Part shown: positions 7,527 to 12,818 of the stretch, piece after piece
Layout: each line of letters begins with the position of its first letter
Position numbering within the stretch: position 1 is the first letter of the stretch
NCBI GenBank assembly: GCA_041640075.1
Contig: JBEQAY010000029.1
Span: forward strand, 1 to 12,818
Direction: 5' to 3'
From: Candidatus Nanohaloarchaea archaeon
Lineage (GTDB): Archaea; Nanohalarchaeota; Nanosalinia; Nanosalinales; Nanosalinaceae
Length of the DNA: 12,818 nucleotides
Notes under the pieces: generated by a model
The model's input: the letters and a program-made list of their open reading frames with translations, nothing else
Databases searched by the model: none
Told to the model about the DNA's origin: nothing
Made by a program: the position numbers and the translations under genes

Positions 7527-7844
7527 CTACTGATATGCCTGCCTGTAAACAGCGATTTTTTCTTTGAGTGCCTCAAATATTTCCTGGACCGGATCGCCGA
7601 CTGAAAAGAACATTTTCTTGTTTCCTTTCCCAGTCTGGAACTCTATGTACGGGTATGTGGAGCCTTCAGTGTAGTTTATCTGGTCGACGTTGGAGAAATG
7701 TATTTCATTGACCATTTTTTCATCTGGAATGTTTTTCAGGGCTTCCCAGTCATCTGAACTGTTTTTCTGCCTCTCTATATGCGAGTCCGTGACCGCGACT
7801 TTTCCAAGCCTTGATCTGAACTCCTGGTGATTGCTATCCGCCAT
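7527..7844 (-). CDS. Hypothetical protein, probable soluble PH-like fold
   Basis: 105 aa; strand pattern GKVAVTDSHIERQ...EIHFSNVDQINY...YIEFQT...MFFS followed by a C-terminal amphipathic helix (QEIFEALKEKI), resembling prokaryotic PH domains. Confidence 0.6.
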   Translation of the reverse strand: MADSNHQEFRSRLGKVAVTDSHIERQKNSSDDWEALKNIPDEKMVNEIHFSNVDQINYTEGSTYPYIEFQTGKGNKKMFFSVGDPVQEIFEALKEKIAVYRQAYQ

Positions 7845-7907
7845 TCGCCCTCTGGTATACTGTGGACCGGAAAAAGTATTAAACCAGTTGACCTGTGAGA
7901 AGGATTT

Positions 7908-8417
7908 ATGTCAGATCAAGGTTTCGACTGGCTCACCCTAGGCTCGAAAGAAGATATCGTGTGGCAGGGACAGCCACGTATCAAAAGTATAATACCCGCC
8001 GTGGTGATCGGTATACCAACGGCCATCTTCGGTGTTGGACTCCTGATAATCGCTGGTGCATACCTCAGCGTGAAAAACACCGAGTACGTTGTCAGCAACA
8101 AAAGCCTGTACGTGAAGAAAGGTGTTCTTTCCCGGAGCGTGCAGAAAATAGGTTTTGACAAAGTCCAGAACATCAGCTTCAGCCAGGGAATCCTCGGCAA
8201 CCACTTCGGCTACGGAAACATCGAGATCTCTACGGCAGGAGGGTCTGGCGTCGAAATGAGATTTAGAAGCATAAGAGACCCAAAACAGGTTCAGGAAAAA
8301 ATCAACGACCTGATGAAAGACTCTCAGGAAAGCCCTGAAACATCTGGAGGACGTTCAGAAAAAGAAGTACTGGAGGAAATCCTCTCTGAAGTACAGGAGA
8401 TCAACGAGAAACTCTAG
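7908..8417 (+). CDS. Membrane-anchored PH domain protein (bPH_2 / YdbS-YdbT-like)
   Basis: Two N-terminal TM helices, then YVVSNKSLYVKKGVLSRSVQKIGFDKVQNISFSQGILGNHFGYGNIEISTAG...FRSIRDP; short C-terminal coiled coil. Confidence 0.85.
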   Translation: MSDQGFDWLTLGSKEDIVWQGQPRIKSIIPAVVIGIPTAIFGVGLLIIAGAYLSVKNTEYVVSNKSLYVKKGVLSRSVQKIGFDKVQNISFSQGILGNHFGYGNIEISTAGGSGVEMRFRSIRDPKQVQEKINDLMKDSQESPETSGGRSEKEVLEEILSEVQEINEKL

Positions 8418-8425
8418 GAAATTTT

Positions 8426-9142
8426 TCATTCCTCTTCTCTTTCTTCTCCAACATATTCTCCATCTTCCCTCCTGAAATCCGGTTCATCCATCTCTTCTCT
8501 GACATGTGCGACGATCCCGGGAGTACGTGCGATTATGAAGAAACCTTTACCAAGCTCCGGCTGCCAGCCAAGGTCACTCATGACAGCTGCGATTCCTCCG
8601 TCTACGTTCATGACCAGATCAACTTTTTTCTCGGCAAAGACTTCCTTTATCTCCTTCATTTTCTCGACGTAGTTTCCTGAGAGCCCTAATTTTTCCGCTT
8701 TCTCAAGCATCTTTTCTGCTCTAGGATCAACTTCATCGTATACTTTATGACCGATTCCTGGTATATTTTCACCACTTTCCAGATATTCCTCTACTATCTC
8801 CTCGGCCGTTTTCTCGCTCTGCAGTATTTCCATGCATTCCTCTATTGCTCCTCCGTGTGAATCCCCCAGGGCCAGGATTCCTCCGGCAACGCTCGTGTTC
8901 ATATCGTTTCCTCCGCTCTGGACTGTTCTAGCGGAGACTGTGGACGGGTTGCCGACTCCATGATCTATGGATGAAGATAGAATAGTGTTGAAGATCTCTG
9001 ATTCCTGTTCCGAAGGTTTTTCTCCTTTGAGCAGTAGCCATATGGCGTCAGCGAACTCCATATCCATGACTTCTTCGAGTCTCTCGCCTCTGATTACGGC
9101 GTCTTCTCCGCTTGAAGCTATCTCTGTCTCCCAGTCAGTCAT
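8426..9142 (-). CDS. ccl: Citryl-CoA lyase (short citrate synthase-family protein)
   Basis: 238 aa, shorter than a full citrate synthase. Motifs SSIDHG..PST, HGGAIE, IPGIGHKVY..DPRA, MNVDGGIAA and FIIARTPGIVAH. In an operon with ACL-type CoA ligase subunits. Confidence 0.88.
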   Translation of the reverse strand: MTDWETEIASSGEDAVIRGERLEEVMDMEFADAIWLLLKGEKPSEQESEIFNTILSSSIDHGVGNPSTVSARTVQSGGNDMNTSVAGGILALGDSHGGAIEECMEILQSEKTAEEIVEEYLESGENIPGIGHKVYDEVDPRAEKMLEKAEKLGLSGNYVEKMKEIKEVFAEKKVDLVMNVDGGIAAVMSDLGWQPELGKGFFIIARTPGIVAHVREEMDEPDFRREDGEYVGEEREEE

Positions 9143-9549
9143 GCTTCTGCCCGGCGCTGATCGTTGAAGAGGTTTTCAAGTGTTCTCTCGACGATGTGAT
9201 GATCCTCTATGTCTTCCTCACTGTTTCTTTCAAGTATTGTTTTCATCTCGTCCTGCCAGACGGATTCAACGTAGTCAAGCGAGTGATCTACGGATGTTTC
9301 GATACCGTACTCGACCTCTACCATGCCTTCGTCGGCCTGCCTGAGTCTTATCTCCCTGTCATCCCTGACACCATGAAAAAGCGTTTCTTCGTCCGGATAT
9401 ATCTCGTCTCTTTCTTCATCCCAGGATTCATATCTTATCCAGTGGTCTACAAGGTCTCCGAACAGGTTATCGATGTCTACATCTGATTCAAGGATCTCAG
9501 TGTACTTGAATGCTTTTTCGCCTTCCCTGCCGTACTCGCTTACTGCCAT
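9139..9549 (-). CDS. Hypothetical acidic protein (136 aa) inside the citrate lyase operon
   Basis: Abuts the upstream stop (TAAATG) and overlaps the ccl start (ATGA); halophile-like composition; no motif recognised. Confidence 0.7.
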   Translation of the reverse strand: MAVSEYGREGEKAFKYTEILESDVDIDNLFGDLVDHWIRYESWDEERDEIYPDEETLFHGVRDDREIRLRQADEGMVEVEYGIETSVDHSLDYVESVWQDEMKTILERNSEEDIEDHHIVERTLENLFNDQRRAEA

Positions 9550-10443
9550 TTACAGTACCTCGTCCAGTTTCTCCCCGATTTCGTGGTGCACATCTACAAC
9601 GTGGACACCTGACTCTCTTAGAACTTTCTCCTTGTAGCTCGGCTTGTCCCGGTCACCACGGATGACCGCTCCCGCATGGCCGTACTGCTGGCTAGGCATA
9701 TCCTCCGTGAACTTTCCTGTGATAAACGCTACTACAGGCATGTCAAAATCCGGGTTCTCATCAAGGAACTCTGCCACCTGGTTCTCGTACGTTCCTCCCA
9801 GCTCTCCGAACATGACGACTGCCTCGGTCTGGTCATCTTCCTCAAACATCTTCAGTGCATCTACGAAGCTTGTGCCGGCGATCTTGTCTCCTCCGATATC
9901 CATCGCAGTACTGATCCCAAAGCCAGCGTTCTGGACAACTTGAGCTGTTTCTGTTGTCATTCCTCCTGACTTTGAGATTATCCCAACTTTTCCTTCTTCG
10001 TAGGCGTCCTCTGCACGGTTTCCGCCAATAGGTCCTATCTTGGCTTTTCCGGGACTGATGACTCCGACGCTTGTAGGCCCGACAAGTGTTGCATCCCTCT
10101 GCTCAAGTTTTCCTCTTACATCCCACATATCCTTCGTTGGGATTCTCTCAGTGGTGACGTTGATCTTCTCTATGCCGGAATCCAGTGCTTCTAGGATCGC
10201 ATCTTTGGCCGCAAAGTGTGGTACATAGATGAGTGAGGTGTTGATCTCCGGGTGCTGCTCCACGGCCTCCCGGACCGTGTCGTAGACAGGTACGCCGGCT
10301 ACTTCCTGCCCTCCCTTGCCGGGAGTCACACCTGCAACGACGTCGGTGCCGTACGCCATCATGTGTGGTGTCTTTTCACTTGCCGCCCTGCCGGTGATTC
10401 CCTGTATCAGCAGTTTCGTGTCTTCATCTGCAAAAACACTCAT
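9550..10443 (-). CDS. SucD-family CoA-ligase alpha subunit, ATP-citrate lyase / citryl-CoA synthetase small-subunit type
   Basis: CoA-binding QGITG...AGVTPGKGG and phospho-His loop GHAGA. ACL-like variants SKSGGMTTE, GELGGTYE and QYGHAGA. No fused lyase domain. Confidence 0.85.
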   Translation of the reverse strand: MSVFADEDTKLLIQGITGRAASEKTPHMMAYGTDVVAGVTPGKGGQEVAGVPVYDTVREAVEQHPEINTSLIYVPHFAAKDAILEALDSGIEKINVTTERIPTKDMWDVRGKLEQRDATLVGPTSVGVISPGKAKIGPIGGNRAEDAYEEGKVGIISKSGGMTTETAQVVQNAGFGISTAMDIGGDKIAGTSFVDALKMFEEDDQTEAVVMFGELGGTYENQVAEFLDENPDFDMPVVAFITGKFTEDMPSQQYGHAGAVIRGDRDKPSYKEKVLRESGVHVVDVHHEIGEKLDEVL

Positions 10444-11051
10444 TGTCTCTGCACCGCTGTTTTCACATTTTCAAAGTTCAGCTCTGAGATTTTTCTGCCT
10501 GTGTGTTTCGTACCGAAATTATCGTATTCTGTGGTAAAGACAAAATCCATTCCAACTTTTTGAGCTGCTGCATCCCGTCGTCCATGGTTTCCAAAGTAAA
10601 CAAAGTTTTCAGCACTCCTTTCCCGCCTTTCAAGAAAAGCATTGAATATCTGATTATCTGGCTTCTTAGCACCTACTACCTCCGAAATAATTATGCCCTC
10701 AAAATCTACTCCGTGATTCCTAAACATTTCCTCATAGAAAGATTCTGCAAATTTCCAGTTGTCGCTGATAACTCCTATTGCTCCGAACTCCTCAGAACAT
10801 CTCTTCAAAAATTCAACCCTCTCATTTCTCATATAACTTTTCACTCTCTCAATGTAGTTTTCCCTCACTTTTTCACCGTCAATCTCCACACCCTTATCAG
10901 CAAAGTATTTCTCCGAACTTTCAGGCTCAAAAATATTGAAATTCCCGATTCTAAACTCTTCCGTATCTGCCTCTTCCATTACAGACTCTCTGAAGAACTT
11001 CACTGTAGGAAAAAGAGTATCTCCGATATCAAATACAGGTATCTTGCTCAT
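10440..11051 (-). CDS. HAD-superfamily hydrolase (subfamily IA-like), atypical motifs
   Basis: Motif I VFDIGDTL, motif II GVISDN, motif III VGAKKPDNQIF, motif IV YFGNHGRRD...VGM; ATGA overlaps at both ends. Confidence 0.8.
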   Translation of the reverse strand: MSKIPVFDIGDTLFPTVKFFRESVMEEADTEEFRIGNFNIFEPESSEKYFADKGVEIDGEKVRENYIERVKSYMRNERVEFLKRCSEEFGAIGVISDNWKFAESFYEEMFRNHGVDFEGIIISEVVGAKKPDNQIFNAFLERRERSAENFVYFGNHGRRDAAAQKVGMDFVFTTEYDNFGTKHTGRKISELNFENVKTAVQRQ

Positions 11052-12178
11052 CGTTCATTCACCATCTGCATAAGATCTTCTGCGGACTCCGTCATGGGTT
11101 TGTCGTTCCGGAAAAGCTTCATGTTCAGGTCAAGCTCTTCCTTCACTTCTCTGAGTTTTTCGAATGCTTCATCTGCGTGAGGACCGTCTCTCCTGACCAC
11201 TATAGGATACTCTGGTTCTTCCTCTCTCAACGCCTGGATAAAACCGTCCATAGTTCTCTCGACATCCGTGTTGTTTGCTGTCCCTCCGACGTGCCAGAGG
11301 CCTTTCAGGCCTGGCTTCGACATTATAACTTTTGAAAGCCTGTAGACTTTTTCTGTAGGAGGGTTTCCTCCATACTCTGTGTAGTTCGCTGGTTCGCCGC
11401 CGTACTCGATTAAAGCATCCATATTTGTCAGGGAGGCACCGCCTCCAGCAAGCATCATTCCGATATCGCCGTCAAGTTCTGTATATTTACCTGCGACCCC
11501 TCTGTGGTCGTCTTCATCTATTTTCTCGGCTTCGATCTCTCTTTCAGTTTTCTCCCTCTTCATGACTGTACGGTCCGGGAAGTTCCAGTCGTGTCTGTAG
11601 CTGGCGTCGTCCTCAAGATCCATCATGGCGTCGAGAACTACGTAACCATCTTCTGTCTTTGCAATCGGGTTGATCTCCAGCAGGCGTGCGTCCTCTTCGA
11701 GGAACGCCTGGAAAATCTTCTGAAGAGTTGAACCTAGTTTTACGATCTCCTTGCCCTCGAAGCCCTGGTTTTTCAGGAACTGCCTGAAGCGGAACTGTGA
11801 GTCATCCGGTAGAGAAAGTTTTTGAGCTTCTCTATCCTCTATCCCTGTTCCGCCGCTCCTGGAGAAGATCATCGCCGGGTTACGTGTATCCGTGTCGTAC
11901 ATAAATGATACATAGTACTCTTCGTCGAAATCTACCTGTTCCTCGATCACTGCTTTCTCTGCTTCCTGTCCATCGAACTCTGCCCCGATCATCTCCTGTT
12001 TCAGTGCCTCGGCCTCTTCAAGGTCGTCAGCAAATTTTACGGCTCCTTTCTCCTTCCTGTTGTTCGCCAGGACCTGTGCCTTGACGACATAGCTCTTCCC
12101 TATCTGCAGTTCCCGGGAAGGTGTCTCCAGGCCGTGTTTTTCAAGTATTTCTTTGGCCTCGTGTTCGTGGAGTTTCAC
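11048..12178 (-). CDS. SucC-family ATP-grasp subunit with an ATP-citrate lyase citrate-binding domain (AclB / citryl-CoA synthetase large-subunit-like)
   Basis: N-terminus MKLHEHEAK (GTG at 12178; ORF-track TTG at 12184); VVKAQV and LLEINP ATP-grasp motifs; C-domain MLAGGGAS, ANYTEYGGNP, GGTANNTDV and VVRRDGP match ACL rather than succinyl-CoA synthetase. Confidence 0.87.
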   Translation of the reverse strand: MKLHEHEAKEILEKHGLETPSRELQIGKSYVVKAQVLANNRKEKGAVKFADDLEEAEALKQEMIGAEFDGQEAEKAVIEEQVDFDEEYYVSFMYDTDTRNPAMIFSRSGGTGIEDREAQKLSLPDDSQFRFRQFLKNQGFEGKEIVKLGSTLQKIFQAFLEEDARLLEINPIAKTEDGYVVLDAMMDLEDDASYRHDWNFPDRTVMKREKTEREIEAEKIDEDDHRGVAGKYTELDGDIGMMLAGGGASLTNMDALIEYGGEPANYTEYGGNPPTEKVYRLSKVIMSKPGLKGLWHVGGTANNTDVERTMDGFIQALREEEPEYPIVVRRDGPHADEAFEKLREVKEELDLNMKLFRNDKPMTESAEDLMQMVNER

Positions 12179-12249
12179 ACCCAAAGATGGAGGTTAAATT
12201 GATATAAATTCCAGCAGAGTATTTATTGTTACCGTCTGAAGACAAAAGT
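12179..12249. promoter_or_regulatory. Divergent promoter region (citrate lyase operon / ART-like gene)
   Basis: Minus-strand TTTATA at 12208-12203, 25-30 nt before GTG 12178; plus-strand TTTATT at 12222-12227, 23-28 nt before ATG 12250. Confidence 0.5.
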
Positions 12250-12789
12250 ATGGAAGAGGTTTCCGAGGATTTACCACATCTGTATGCAGAGGGTATAGAG
12301 TATTCGAGGGGTTCGCCAGAGGAAACTTCTTACCCGGATATTGTAGAACGCACTATTGGAGAGCTGGATGTTCTGGCAGAGGATTTTGAAGGCGCTGATG
12401 GCGAGAAGAGAGTCCTACATCTTTACAGAGGGGATTCAAGAGAAAATCTTGAGTCACTTGAATCAGTTGATCTGGAAAACCTGGAGTTGACTAGTGACCT
12501 GAACAAAGAGTTTCCGCTGTATTTCACGACTTCTGAAGCCGAGGCACGGGATCACTCCACACGTAAACCAACCGAAGACAAGTATCTGCTGAAGCTTGAG
12601 GTGCCGTTCGAAAACCTGGAGCGCATCAGAAATATTACACCTGTAGAACTTGCCAGAAACTACGAGAGCATAGAGCTCAACGATGAGACAATTTACTACA
12701 ACCAGTCAAACAGTTCCTGGGACAGTCTTGAATGGGTTGCCCAAAACATCCCCAAGGATTGGGTCAAAGAGATAGAGGAACTGGAATAG
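12250..12789 (+). CDS. Hypothetical protein with putative ADP-ribosyltransferase (NAD-binding) fold
   Basis: LYRGDSRENLESL, LYFTTSEAEA, YLLKLEVP and EWVAQNIPKDWVK appear in the order of the ART core elements. Start is ATG 12250 or TTG 12226. Confidence 0.6.
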   Translation: MEEVSEDLPHLYAEGIEYSRGSPEETSYPDIVERTIGELDVLAEDFEGADGEKRVLHLYRGDSRENLESLESVDLENLELTSDLNKEFPLYFTTSEAEARDHSTRKPTEDKYLLKLEVPFENLERIRNITPVELARNYESIELNDETIYYNQSNSSWDSLEWVAQNIPKDWVKEIEELE

Positions 12790-12818
12790 ATATTTAGCTT
12801 TTCACAGCCGAGACTTCA

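Noticed and set aside
10503..11180. 225-aa plus-strand ORF antisense to the HAD gene
   Set aside because: Basic and hydrophobic composition unlike this proteome, with no motifs; best explained as a shadow ORF.
8426..12178. Ordinary TCA genes (sucC, sucD, gltA)
   Set aside because: The substrate-site motifs are ACL-type, and the citrate synthase-like protein is lyase-sized.

Overview
Compact archaeal chromosomal segment with strongly acidic, Glu-rich proteins and moderate GC, most consistent with a nanosized halophilic DPANN archaeon (Nanohaloarchaeota-like; this is an inference). It holds: a short r-protein/RNA polymerase operon (rpl18e-rpl13-rps9-rpoN); a minus-strand run HIT, ZIP transporter, Nudix hydrolase, PAP2 phosphatase and MFS transporter; a 724-aa repeat-built coiled-coil protein with a probable C-terminal OB fold; tRNA-Glu(TTC); two divergent PH-like genes; a five-gene translationally coupled operon; and a divergent gene with ADP-ribosyltransferase-fold motifs. 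The operon encodes a three-piece ATP-citrate lyase (two synthetase subunits plus a free-standing citryl-CoA lyase), interleaved with an AT-rich HAD hydrolase and an unknown protein. The most notable observations are the tripartite citrate-cleaving system, a Nudix gene that appears to start at ATT, the beta-layer-type coiled-coil fibre, the ART-like protein, and two RNA hairpins in the r-protein operon. All family calls come from motif recognition by eye, not from database searches.
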